DNA of 64,000 nucleotides from Bugula neritina (Eukaryota > Animalia > Bryozoa), in the NCBI GenBank assembly GCA_964035545.1, contig OZ037766.1, forward strand, positions 9,972,722 to 10,036,721, given 5' to 3'. The notes beneath the pieces were generated by a model that had not been told where the DNA came from, did not search any database, and saw nothing but the letters and a program-made list of their open reading frames with translations. The translations under genes and the position numbers were made by a program. Each line of letters opens with the position of its first letter. Position 1 is the first letter of the stretch. Positions 25,501 through 36,100 of this stretch are shown one piece after another.

Positions 25501-28500
25501 CCCCTGGTGAAGCAGGACGGCGGAGGCTATATGCTGGTAGGCCCTGGCAAGTAGTCGCTGTAGACCTGGTCGGACCCATGCCCCTGACCCCCAGAGGCAA
25601 TAATTGGATCCTAGTACTAACCGACCACTTTACTAGGTGGGCGGATGCTCTGGCTATCCCAGATGCATCAGCCCCAACAGTGGCCAGGGCGCTAGACCAA
25701 CATGTATTCTGTTATTTTGGGCTTCCCGAACAGATACACTCTGATCAAGGCGCTCAATTCCAGTCTCAACTGATGAGCGACCTTTGCCACCTCTGGGGAG
25801 TAAATCAGAGCAGGACCACCCCCTACCACCCTCAAGGTAACGGGGTGGTGGAGCGCAACAACCGGATGCTAGGTGATGCGCTCCGGAGTCTCCTCCTTGG
25901 ACGAGGTCAAGAGGAATGGGATACGGTGTTGCCGCAAGTCATGCGTGCATACCGTAGCACCCCACACACCAGTACTGGTGAGACCCCAAACCTCTTGATG
26001 CTCGGGAGAGAGACTCGTGTCCCTGACCATCTCACCTATCACGTTCCAGAGCAAGACAACTCGGTTCACGAGTATGCCAGTGAACTAGTGGAACGGATGA
26101 AGGCCGCACACGATATACTGCGTCAACAGCAGTGGAAGGTGCGGCACGAAGATTCCGATGAACCACCTCTCTATCAAACGGGAGATAAGGTGTGGATGGT
26201 CAATTACCGTAGGCGTCGCGGACAGGCTGATAAACTGAAGCCTAAGTTCGTAGGCCCCTACGTGGTCGTCGAGGCTATGCCCAATCATACGTACAAGATT
26301 GAGCGCTCAGGACAGGTGTCTATCCAGAATGAGTCTCGCTTGAAACCGTATTGGGCTAGCCCTGACGGAGTGGGAGAAGCCCCCCCGTTGTTAGAGCCCA
26401 GGAGGCAGACAACGACGCGCGGGCGACGGCGGCATGGACCTGAATACGAAGTGGTCATACCGCGGGAGGAAAACTTGGTGAGAGAGGAGCGGCAGCTTTT
26501 GTCAACAGAAGCGTGTCCGCCACCGCCAAGTCTAATTCCATCACTTCCAGAAACCGAGCCGGTTCCGGAAGTGCAAACCCCCACGGAGGGAGGGGCTCCA
26601 TCCGGAGAACAAGAAGAGGTGACCGCTAACGGTGAAGTAGAGACGCCATTAGAGGCCCCTACTAACGAACCGGCAAGCGTGTCACCCCCCCTAGGAAGGG
26701 GACAGCGTACGAGGAAACCCCCACCGTATTTGAAAGACTTCGTATGTGACTGCATTAGAAGCGGCGCACATGAAAGTCTAGGGGAAAACCGTACGATAAA
26801 ATGTTGGAGTTGTGAACCCCACGCAAATATCAACTTTTGCGAGGGCGGAATAGTGGGAGGAATTAATGCGCGTAAAGCAAATAGTTCCGACCTCGTGCCT
26901 CAGAAACGATGCTCAGCCTTTTCCTATGCTGACATCGCCAAAGGCAGACGTATCTCACAACCAGCTCCAACCTTACCAAGAACGTTGAGTATGGACATTA
27001 ATACCGAGTTCCCAGGTAAGCCAGTATAAGTCTTGTATTCCTATTCATGGAAACGGGCTCGATGCCAGTAAATTCTGAACTAATTCAGCAGATTGAATCA
27101 GAATTACTGGGAACCACGTTTCATGTGAATGACGATGAAGACACTGTAATGGCCGACGGTCTGTTAGACCTGGAGCTAGACACTGTTCTTGGTCAGTCCA
27201 CACATGATTCATCAGTTCCTCGAGTGCATTCCAAAAGCTGTGACTCTCAGGCTAGCAACGGTCGACAGTCACTAGAATTATGTTGTAAAGATCCACCGCG
27301 ATCTAACAATAATTCTACTTTTGTAGACACACTCGCGCCCGTCTCTCCGGGCATGCCTTCCCTAGAGATGGCGTGGGACCCAGAGCCGGCCCCAACAACC
27401 TCTACAACCAGGCAACTGCCACCCCAGTTGGAAGCAACCTCCAACTGGATTACCCCTGCCACAGAGAGAGAAATCAGGACCCATCAAGGAGGTGAGAGTA
27501 ATCGTGAATGCAACCTCTGCCAGCAGCGATTCACAACCCACCGCAGACTAAAAGTACACTTGCCGCAGCACTACATCACCACTTTCTGCCCTTGCGGAGA
27601 ATATAGCTACAATCGTGATTACCTATTGCGGCACCAACGTACTATGCAGTGTTATCAAGGGCATGTCTATGAAGTAGACGAATCATCCTATCCTGCCTTT
27701 CTCAACGCCATCAAACCACTCATCACTGACTCAGCTCGGCTATCTCGCCTGGAGCAAGGCTTCCCTTCCCCGCGACCCATCATCTCTGGAGCCGCAGATA
27801 AACCTACACAGTCTACTAACTCTCCACCTCACAGTCCTCTACGCATGCCTCATACCTTTCCTCGTGTCGTACTACAGAGGGTAGACACAAATGCGTATAC
27901 ACTCCCTCCTCCCCTTCCATCCTCAGAGCGGAAAAGACATAGACAGCCGACTTCCTCTCGCTCGTCCCCCTGGGCCCGCAACCTACGTGAAGTAGAAGCT
28001 AGGGCACACGACTTGGAGCAAGAAGTGTACAGACTGGCCCCACGGGTGCAGGCTGCATCCAGTGAACTCAAATATTTACAGGAGTCTATTAAACGCATGA
28101 AGCGTGCGGCCCGCAGTTAACTTGAGTCTACCTACAATTCCATACTACTCTTCCCCTACCTCTCTGTGGCATTCCCTACCGTAATGGTGGCACGTACTCT
28201 ACATGTAGATAGGACCTTCTTTTGCTTATTACTTAGTGTGCACGTTATATATACCTGTATATTTTTATCAGTTGTTGTTTTTTTGTATATACTTTTATAC
28301 TGTTCTCTTACCCCCCCCCCCAACGAAGTATACGTTTTTTTATGTGAATTTTATTTTATCAGAAAGTGGGCTTTCTGCTGGAGGGGGCAGTGTGGTGGCT
28401 CGTGGAGCTACCAGCAACACAATACGCAAGGTTGCGTATTGACCCGGAACAATGTATTAGCCAATTAGCTAGGCTGTTTTATAAGTAATAGTAGCCGCTT

Positions 28501-31500
28501 CGCGCTACTAGTTCAGTTGAGGATAGTGCTGTAAATTAAATAGACGTGCGTATCATTACTGTTGTACATTAGATTTTATTATGTATTCTTGTATTAAAAT
28601 ATAACGATATCTACTCGACTTAACTCGGTGAGGTTTCTCTAGTGATAAATAGACTCTCTTGGTGACACATCAACCCTAAATCTGAAAATTATAACAATAT
28701 GTTAATAGCTTTTGTTTTGCTCAGACTCTGAAAGTGATATTAATCTATATTTATGTTATAGGTGCTAATGTGAATATGAAAACGGTTTTAGGAAGAACTC
28801 CTTTGCATGTTTCAGCTGCCCAAAACAGAGGTTCAATAGTTGACATTCTTCTGAACAACGGTACACAGTATATTTCAGAATCAATTTTTATCTTTAGCTA
28901 CAATACATGTAATAATGTAGCTAAACACTGTCTACAGCACACTCTCGCTTTCAGAATTTGATGATTAATAATAAACCCCTATGCTTTGCATTATGGGTAG
29001 AGATATCAAGGATGATTATGGTGTATAAAATATGTTATTAAAGGTGCTGATGTGAATGAGGTGGATAAAATGGGAGATACCGCTTTGGCTATAGCTGAGC
29101 GTTTTGAACACAAAGATGGGGCAAGGCATCTCTTTTTATTCCGCTGGCAAGTACGAGCAGCGCAGGCTGAGAAGGTTCCGGAAGTACCATTGTACTACCA
29201 CCAGCAGTGCGACACAGCTAATCCGGTTTGGCTGGCCGGCACTCAGGTAAGACAGTAGTACAGATGCTACATGTGAGCTGATTGGCTAACAATGCACCAA
29301 TTATAGCTTGTGTCTTGGTGTAAAGTTGGTAATGAAAATTAAACAAAATGTAACACAAATATTTCAACAGAGTTTGTATTATATGGTGTCAAATTTAACT
29401 GCAGTATGCTATTCCTAAATCCAAGAGAGTTTGTGCAACATTATATAATGGAAAAAAAATTCTATATGGTGCTGCTCCTGAATCTTAACAATTAAATGTT
29501 CTATGCACAAGTTTTAAAGTTTTTTCAGCACTTTTGAAAATGTTCTTTTTAAGTTTCTCTACCATTTGTGATGAGCTGCCACACACAATCAACCCATTAT
29601 CTAATATTTTATCAGGGTCAGCTTTATTATGCTGCCAAAGATAAATTCACCGGTGAATATGGTGGCACTGGAATCGGGGCAGTACCCGCTCTTACCAAGC
29701 CTAATGATGTTCCAATAGGCAAGTAATTTTTACTAAGCATGGTATAGGTTTTATACAATTCTCATTAAGTGAGAGAAGGGCATTGTAAGGTGCACTTTCG
29801 AGGTTGTTAGCTGGCAAGTAGTTTAGTACATAACATGTTTTTATCAGAACAACCTTCTGGTACTTTTAAAATATTACAAGTTGTTCATATTAGCCAAAAG
29901 TGTGTTATCTCAATGTTCATATTAAAATAGTATTTCATCTTTAACTCTACATAACTTAATGCAATGCTTAATACCCCTTCGCCTAGTGGCTATTAGCCTT
30001 TATGTAACTGGAAATAAGTTGGAAAAAGCATTTCAATAGATTTTTAGTGAGCATTTATGGTGGTATAAATTAACTACCAGTACATAGATAATGGTTTTGT
30101 TACTATGAAGGGCTCTGTGTAAATTTATTAGAATATTATAGTATATACAACTTCTCCATCATTTACATAATGTGCTACATGAACTTTTCTACTGTACCTG
30201 CTCTACTTTTAAGAGATAAATAACATCTGTTTGATTTTAAAAAGAGGAAAGAACGAAGTCGAAAATAGATTACGACATGTGGCTATCTCAGAAGGAAAAA
30301 GAAGATGAGATGAAAAATATGGCAGTGAAAAGAGAGAAAGCAGCCAAGAAGCTGGAAGAAGAAAAAAAGTAAGATTAGTACATTGCATGCCTGCTGAGTG
30401 GGTGGGTGCTGTGTATACAGTATTGTTGTTATAGTTATTCAAATTGAACAAATTGTGATGGCTAATTCCCTTTTGTCACTGCAAAAGCAGTTAGCGCAAT
30501 TAACACACAAATATAATAATGGAGTCACATTTCCAAATTGGGATGACAACTTCACAGATGCAATAATTGATGTGAAATATATCAGCTGATACGATGCTTA
30601 GATTTTAATTTGCATCTGCCTTTTATTAGCTGATGCGCTTTTATTTGCAAGACCTGAGAATCTAGTTTATTTATACTTACTATATAAATGTTAGACACAC
30701 TAAAATCTATCTGAGCAATAATGGCATTTAGCATGTAGTTAATAATAAAAAAAGGTTGCTATAGCATGTCACTGTTTTTCAAAACTTCCATATGCTCTAA
30801 TTATTAAGTTTAGAAAATATCAAAACAGATCGAAGCTATATTCTGGTTTGATATATTTCATGCGAGAAATAATGAATTGAGTTGAAATTAATATAAAATA
30901 CTCGGTTGCCATCTTTTAGTCAAAGCCATGACTACCTTTTTTGCTCTAAAGATGGTAATAAAGGATTTGTAATGCATTTCTAATCTGTTGTACTTTAGGA
31001 TAAACAAGTGGTTGGCTAGAAAATATATTCTGTTGTCTAAATCCAGACATTCAAAATGAATATATTCAGTACATTGATTGTATACTATAAAATATCTGCA
31101 AGGTATATTACGCTCTTACTAAAACCTGCTTGTTACTAACTTGGCTTTTTGCTGTTTGACATTATACAAGAAATCATAATTTATGTTCGCATAGCCTTTA
31201 AATATATTTAAGTGTTCTTTGTTTTACTATACGCTTATTTATTTTACATGCTATGTTTTAATTAGCTTGTTTTGACTTATTTAAAATGACTACTATATTA
31301 CAGTTGAATGCCTTTAATTATTTATATTAGAACCACTATTATTTATTATCAAGCATTTGGATATCATCAAGTATTAAAAATTGTAGCATAAGTTTAAAGT
31401 TTTTTTCCAAAACCTATGCTTATAATGCTATCTTGAAGTTTAGATGTTTGGCTTATGTTTTATTTCCAGAGCTTTAATGTTGCTGACATATAAGGTTCAT

Positions 31501-32348
31501 AGCTATTGCTATAATATGTTGTAGAAAGGAACAGAATCTGATTGACAGAGAGTCATATGAGACTTGGGTGAAGAAGCAGCAGGAACTGAAGGAGAGACAA
31601 GCTGAAATAAAAAGAAAACAATTAGAATCCAAGCAGAAACAGACCCATTTTACAAGTAAAGATACAGTATCTAAAGGTAGATTGTACATGTACAAAAAAT
31701 TTCTGTTTTTAGGACAAACGCTTGTACTACAACTATTTTTTTAGAATAATCATTAGCTTGTTGGCAAATTTTTACATATCGATCAGTTAAAAGGTCGGTT
31801 TCTTGAAGAAAATGCAATCGGATGTTGTAATATGAAGCTAGTCTTATCAATGTGCTTTCTACATTCAAATTACTTCAAGTTTAAAAAACTATAGTCAAGT
31901 TTTAGAAGCTAAAGTAGGCCTATCTATATTTGATAAAAGCCTTCAAAGATATTATAGACACAACTAGTCATGTATCTTGTATGTAACCATAATGCTTTAA
32001 GAACAGCATATAATATTATAATTTCGTTTAAGTTCTTTGACTGATAATTATCAAATGAAAGCTTTTCCAATGACAAAAAATCAACAGTTTTTCTGTTTCT
32101 ACTTATGTGACATTATTCTAGGAGCTGCAAGCCCTTCTATTCGAACTAGTGATAACTATGACAGTGATAGGGAAATGGATTCCAACCTGACAGAACTACT
32201 CAACCATATCAAAACCTCAAACATTCACAGCAGCACGTATGACGATTTAATATTTCAAAATGACCATGAGGTTATTGACAAAGTGAGAAGTATAACGTAC
32301 AGAAGGGCCGCAGATCGAAAGAACCAGGCTATTGTACCGTTGTTATAA
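19553..32348 (+). CDS. ANKRD60: Ankyrin repeat domain-containing protein 60-like (ubiquitin-like domain + ankyrin repeats + charged C-terminus); exons 19553-19799, 19977-20101, 20853-21018, 28762-28860, 29044-29246, 29616-29718, 30245-30368, 31525-31676, 32122-32348
   Basis: DTGEVFALRNVTSMMTVKELKSYLEFATGIPVNLQRIHYLDEG, ERAFIALYVACHRGH, LGRTPLHVSAA and GDTALAIA follow the ANKRD60 pattern as I recall it. Exon phases join correctly across the retrotransposon-containing intron. Confidence 0.88.
21249..21554 (+). repeat. 5' LTR of element 2
   Basis: TG...CA ends. AGCCAAT box, TTTTATAAG (~21335-21343), TCAGT initiator-like motif (21371-21375), ATTAAA (21451-21456). Confidence 0.97.
21556..21573 (+). 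other. Primer-binding site complementary to the 3' end of tRNA-Leu (AAG/TAG type)
   Basis: TGGTGGCAGCGGTGGGAT is the reverse complement of ATCCCACCGCTGCCA-CCA, the 3' end of metazoan tRNA-Leu. It starts one base after the LTR. Confidence 0.9.
21588..22454 (+). CDS. gag: Gag (288 aa), capsid-like; no intact CCHC knuckle
   Basis: First ORF after the primer-binding site. PTFTGSEDVEQFIQEF..W, LRARFG and SLQEHA..VKKLAQIAY..DAFVQSL are typical Ty3/Gypsy capsid motifs. Confidence 0.9.
   Translation: METENARMQPPPVEGERRNAVNPVNREGEEAYRHCLKAPTFTGSEDVEQFIQEFREVMEVAQWPPRVALIQLRRAVTEQAKPYGVGTDVDGILAALRARFGTSVIDARTKLERLCRTPRTSLQEHAATVKKLAQIAYSDLPAQHQERYTYDAFVQSLNDLGLDHHLRAKGITRIEDALKAGEAYLLATQMHRAQRNPPVVGVSAARATTGSEALPLEAEVDRMVEMLGQLVTILAGAGPGRALRVPPTPVGQGWSSADQDQGQKGRPQYQGALNCHGPRTLSLPAGRN
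22403..22460 (+). other. Programmed -1 ribosomal frameshift signal (gag-pol)
   Basis: G TTA AAC heptamer in the gag frame (22403-22409), 5-nt spacer, perfect 10-bp GC stem (22415-22424 with 22438-22447). The loop ACTCT can pair with GGAGT (22456-22460). The -1 frame is open from 22409 to 22864. Confidence 0.8.
22743..27029 (+). CDS. pol: Pol polyprotein: aspartic protease, reverse transcriptase, RNase H, integrase
   Basis: FLLDSGC (protease); LPFGL and YLDD (RT); LDTDAS and TDHASL (RNase H); H-x3-H..CEIC, VDLVGP, SDQG and GVVER (integrase); GPY motif. Confidence 0.98.
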   Translation: MRGGVKVQPHGESYFLPGKVAGNAVTFLLDSGCTTNLLSRRVFEALPRRDRDRVRPYTGEHGTLADGSCIPFYGIIELPGRVRDQAVQETFIIGQLEEDAILGMPFLKQHQCRIDFSKSVVLMGGRELACVDKFGRPLVGGVQVVRNCTVPGRSRATIHCRVNSNRIARLGVVESAHEKIQLASSLNRLTERGEVLVQCVNPFTEPIELPAGSMLGRFHSVQEEDVGPSLGDATEAPPRHSIQGRGAVPTHLRELYETASGGCASNRERQAMAKLLRDYGDVFSSGEHDVGLTGIVRHEIPLTAGTVPVRQPTRRLGPEKEKEVSRQVRDLLDRGLIEPAHSAWSSPVVLVRKKDGSWRFCVDYRKLNSVTIQDAYPLPRIDESLDALAGSKYFSTLDLLSGYWQVPLSPDAQEKAAFITRDGLWKWKVLPFGLTSAPATFQRLMEQVLSGLHWKTLLVYLDDVIVISPDFETHVSRLQEVFERLRGAGLKLKPSKCALLQPEVKYLGHVVGRNGVATDPEKVRAVEDWVTPQDLTGLRAFLGLVGYYRQYIPDFAGIAQPLNRLTAKGVTWQWTPVEQGAFDRLKGCLLTAPILAYPDPTLEYILDTDASDQNVGAVLSQVQEGREVVVAYYSKSLSPAERNYCTTRKELLAVIKSVKHFRPYLYGRKFRLRTDHASLIWLCRRAEPSSQVARWLEILAEFSYRIEHRPGKRHSNADGLSRRPDGGCKQCLNIERRDGGPPRCELETLAHHGAPFDWDQGQLRQRVDESPEDVQNLRANPVLAGNVRELKKLQEELPGVVADIYRAKREGRRPSEERIRQGCAEFRLYCQRWDSLRIGQDGLLTISLAASGRHPERKRVVCPTAIRRELIWDTHKQAHAGVKRVISKLRLRWYWPQMERDVRLRVKQCEICQASKHSRPPGEAGRRRLYAGRPWQVVAVDLVGPMPLTPRGNNWILVLTDHFTRWADALAIPDASAPTVARALDQHVFCYFGLPEQIHSDQGAQFQSQLMSDLCHLWGVNQSRTTPYHPQGNGVVERNNRMLGDALRSLLLGRGQEEWDTVLPQVMRAYRSTPHTSTGETPNLLMLGRETRVPDHLTYHVPEQDNSVHEYASELVERMKAAHDILRQQQWKVRHEDSDEPPLYQTGDKVWMVNYRRRRGQADKLKPKFVGPYVVVEAMPNHTYKIERSGQVSIQNESRLKPYWASPDGVGEAPPLLEPRRQTTTRGRRRHGPEYEVVIPREENLVREERQLLSTEACPPPPSLIPSLPETEPVPEVQTPTEGGAPSGEQEEVTANGEVETPLEAPTNEPASVSPPLGRGQRTRKPPPYLKDFVCDCIRSGAHESLGENRTIKCWSCEPHANINFCEGGIVGGINARKANSSDLVPQKRCSAFSYADIAKGRRISQPAPTLPRTLSMDINTEFPGKPV
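26991..28120 (+). CDS. Element 2 accessory ORF3, spliced model (exon 26991-27015 + exon 27327-28120; 272 aa); an unspliced 357-aa ORF (27047-28120) is also open
   Basis: ATG26991 + 8 codons + G | GTAAGC; CTAAC at 27303-27307; TTCTACTTTTGTAG ending at 27326. The join G|AC gives Asp in frame. Motifs: CNLC-x12-H-x3-H, FCPCG-x11-H-x5-C, RKRHR, and coiled coil LREVEARAHDLEQEVYRL..LKYLQESIKRMKR. Confidence 0.85.
28380..28390 (+). other. Polypurine tract of element 2
   Basis: GGAGGGGGCAG directly before the 3' LTR. Confidence 0.9.
28391..28696 (+). repeat. 3' LTR of element 2
   Basis: Reads identically to 21249-21554 and is followed by the ATAT TSD. Confidence 0.97.
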
Positions 32349-33180
32349 TATGAAACTATTTTTATAATTCTGGAGGATAACATTTTTAGGTAAACTTTAT
32401 CTCTATTAGGTTCTAATATTTTCACGTAGGTTTATAATTTGTACTCCTGGTTATAAATTTTTTTACCAATTGGTTAGACTAAAATAAAGTTTACAATGTT
32501 ATCTACATTATTCATACAATAATTTCTATAATCTGAGTATATAATATAAAATATATAATATAAATAAATGTGCACCTGTTCATGTTAACCAACTTGTTAG
32601 ACTGTAATGAAGTAAATAAGTATATATTATTATAGAAAAGCATAATATACAATGTATATGCATACACATTTCTATCAAAGTATATTGACGGAAGATATTG
32701 GCTCAAGCCAGATATTGTTGGAGCCATTCTGAGAGTTGTAAGCCTTGAACAATGCAAATGGCCTGAGTCCCAATAGCTATATCGTGAGGGAGCTACTCAT
32801 GCCCATTGTTGAGCATAATTATATAAAGTTAGAAGACTATAATCAATTGTATTGTGAAATGTGTACTTCACATGATATAAATTAGTAGCTCGGGCATGAT
32901 TAACTAATAATAGCAGTGGGCTAATAACTTTAAAATATAAATTTTTTTACATTTCTGCTAATGATATAAGCTTTTCTAAAGTTAAGGCTTTCTTTTTCAG
33001 GCCAATATGCCATATTATGTTGAGAACTATTACTGTTCACATTCCTGCTAACAATAGTTATAAACCAGAATAATGTTATGCATTGTTGGCTGAAAGCTAA
33101 AGTGGTCAGTCCATTATTGCTGCAGATCATTTTAATTGTTGGTCACTATGTGCATCAATCAGCTGCCAGAAGCATGCAAA

Positions 33181-36100
33181 ATGGATTTTCTACTAACTTT
33201 TACAACCCTAATGGTAATTAGCAACTCTGTAAGAGGTAGGTTGATATTACTCAGTTGCAATCTGTATTTCTAAACTACCGGTATAGCAACAATAGTTTGA
33301 AGCTCATAATCTCCAATTTCCGAATTTGTCATTAAATAATTGGTATAGTCGGCTACTTATGCATTGATACGATGCTGATGTTTATTTATAATTTAAGCAT
33401 TTTATTTTATTTAAGAGTTTAAAAAAAATAGCTAAGGTTATATGCATTACGGTATTCGTAATTTCTTTCTATCAATTTAACAGTCAAGTAATTCATAGTC
33501 TTTGACTTTAATTGTTTACTATCAATTTTTCCTCTTCAACAGTTTCAAATACACGTAACCTCTTGCATTGGCTCTGTTCAGGTGGCTTTGAACTACCTCT
33601 ATTTAAAAACTAAACATGTTTATAATTGCTGCAGGCTTTTTAAAAAGGCCTGTTTTAAAATTGTTGCACCAGCAGTTTAAACCACCATGTGTAATGTGCG
33701 GACATATACAAATAGATAATATTAACGTCAAATCACTACTTTTTCTATACACTTTATATGATTTAGTATTTTATAAGTTTATTTCTGTATGTTTGGGAAC
33801 ATACCAGGTTCAGTAACAATGCTCTCAGATACAAATATAAATGTCTATGAGGATACTTCAGTCACTCTTTATTGCCACATTCAACCCTTCAACCCCAACA
33901 AATGCCATACATGGTTTAAAGAAAGCTCAGATGGAACACCTGACAAGGTAAAATATATAAACTTTAGTTATTTCAAGGTTTCCATCAGTTTAAGCTTCGA
34001 AAAAAATATCAACTGGATGTTAATGAGTGATGTATTTGTCACTGAATAACACCGGATAGCTTTTTGACCAATATTTTCTTAAAATGAGACTTTTTATCTT
34101 GAGAAAGCATCTATATATACGTTTCTAGCACTTTTGTGATGGAATGTGAAGTAAGTACAAAAGTCATTAATATAATTTATACCCATATCCTAATACATAG
34201 TATGTACACAGAAACTGCAGCATCAAAATGAAGGTAGCATTGAGGGTGTTTGAACAAAATAAAAATGAGAAGGGTACGGGAAGTGATAACAATAGTCATA
34301 AGAGAGGTAGTAATGATAGAGCGAATAATAATGATATGACAATATAAACGATGAGACTGAATATTGAGCATAGCAGAAGCAAAAAGCCAAAAGAAGTTAA
34401 TAATAACAGCATAAGACCAAATAACATCTAAAATAATGAATAATGAAGAATGAGAGCAAAAATCTTTTTATGAGCATATGAGGAATAAGGATGATTCGAT
34501 AGGTTATTGTAAACAAATGAGATTAATTACTGACTGAACTTTTGATGATGTTGTACAAGTGTGCAAGTATAGTAAATTTGATTCTACTTAGACTAAAAAT
34601 AATGCAAAATAGTATATAATTTGCTTACGTAATTTATTCCTACAGAAAATAAAAATTTTAAAGTGCTAAGAGTTTATGTTGAATTACAAGAAACAAGGTA
34701 CAGATTTGGTATATAAAGTTGTTATGTCTCGCAGATTTTAATGCGAGGTTCCCAAGAGTACCTGTCCAGTTTAGAAATAGAAATTGGGGATATTCTACTA
34801 CCTGAAGACTTGACGGCCCCACCAATAGACAATATGTTTTGTGATAACGAACAGCAGGATAATAAGAGCATGTCACTAATATATGTAGCAAAACCAATGA
34901 ATAATATGAATAAGTCTCAAAGTGAAGCAGCCACTATGGAGAAATATTATTCATTCAGACATGAAAACTTCTACACGCTCACCATTAACAATATAGAGCC
35001 AGCTGATGAAGGAAAGTACTTCTGCAAGTATTACTGTGAGGAGTGTGATTCCTTGAGAGCAGAACTTATTTTCACTGGTTGGTTTTAGCTCTATAATAAT
35101 GAAGTTGAGGATATATTCTGTTATAGTCCTAATTAGTTATTTTGATGTTCAAATATAAAGATCATTGCACTGCACCACCTTACCATTCAAAAAGTAAAGT
35201 TAAACCAATTAACCTCATTGATATTTTGACTCTTTGAAAGATGATTTAAGTATGCATGCTTTTAATTTTATTATTTTTGTTTGTATGGTATATACCACTT
35301 TTGATAATTTTATATGTTGAGTTTTATAGTTTCTACAACTGATGCTATGAAAAGGACTTTAATGTTGATGAAATTGCAGTTATATTTTACAGTACCAGCA
35401 ACTCTTGAGAGTCTATCATTGATTTCGATGCCAGAAACAAAATTTGTTGAAATTAACCAGTTGATAAAACTTACCTGCACAGCAACATCTCGGCCTGCGG
35501 CAGTTATTCGTTGGATTCTATTATTAGTATGTGCTTATGTGATGTAATGCTACTTTCTATTCCCCAGTTTTACCTATAACAGTAATTGTGCACTCAATAT
35601 ATGTCAAAAAAGCCGAGCTTCAACATGAGGGGACGCTTTGGAAAATTTTATCTGTTCCAATATTAATATAGAATTCATTCATGTTGATTTTAATTGTCCC
35701 TATGATTGTAATGTGATGAGTAAGTAAGCCTTGTACTTGATGTAGAATGATGAGAAAGATATACACATTGAAGATTCAGCTCTATTCAATGTGTTTTACA
35801 ACAACGCCACTGACTTGTACACTGTCACATCGGTATTTCATTTCACGGGAGGAAATGTCTTGAGGAACCCCATGACGCTTTATTGCCAGGTGAGCAATAA
35901 TTTTCTACATTTGAGATTCAATATTTTACTGGAACCATTTTTAACTAACATGTGGCCTATTATGATGACATAGACATAGATACATATTTACTGCGGTTCC
36001 ATTCCTTCGAATTATGCGAATGGATTAACTTCTGGTTATGGTTTCATTCATGCATGCGAAGCTTTGAAACGTAGTGATTATTATGTACATGAACAAGTGT

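Larger units (their letters stand above)
21249..28696 (+). mobile_element. Full-length Ty3/Gypsy LTR retrotransposon, element 2 (7448 bp), in ANKRD60 intron 3, sense orientation
   Basis: Two 306-bp LTRs with no difference seen, ATAT TSD (21245-21248 and 28697-28700), primer-binding site, gag, PR-RT-RNaseH-IN order, polypurine tract. Confidence 0.98.

Noticed and set aside
27047-28120. ORF3 as an env gene
   Set aside because: No signal peptide, TM anchor or fusion-protein pattern; it has zinc-finger and coiled-coil motifs instead.
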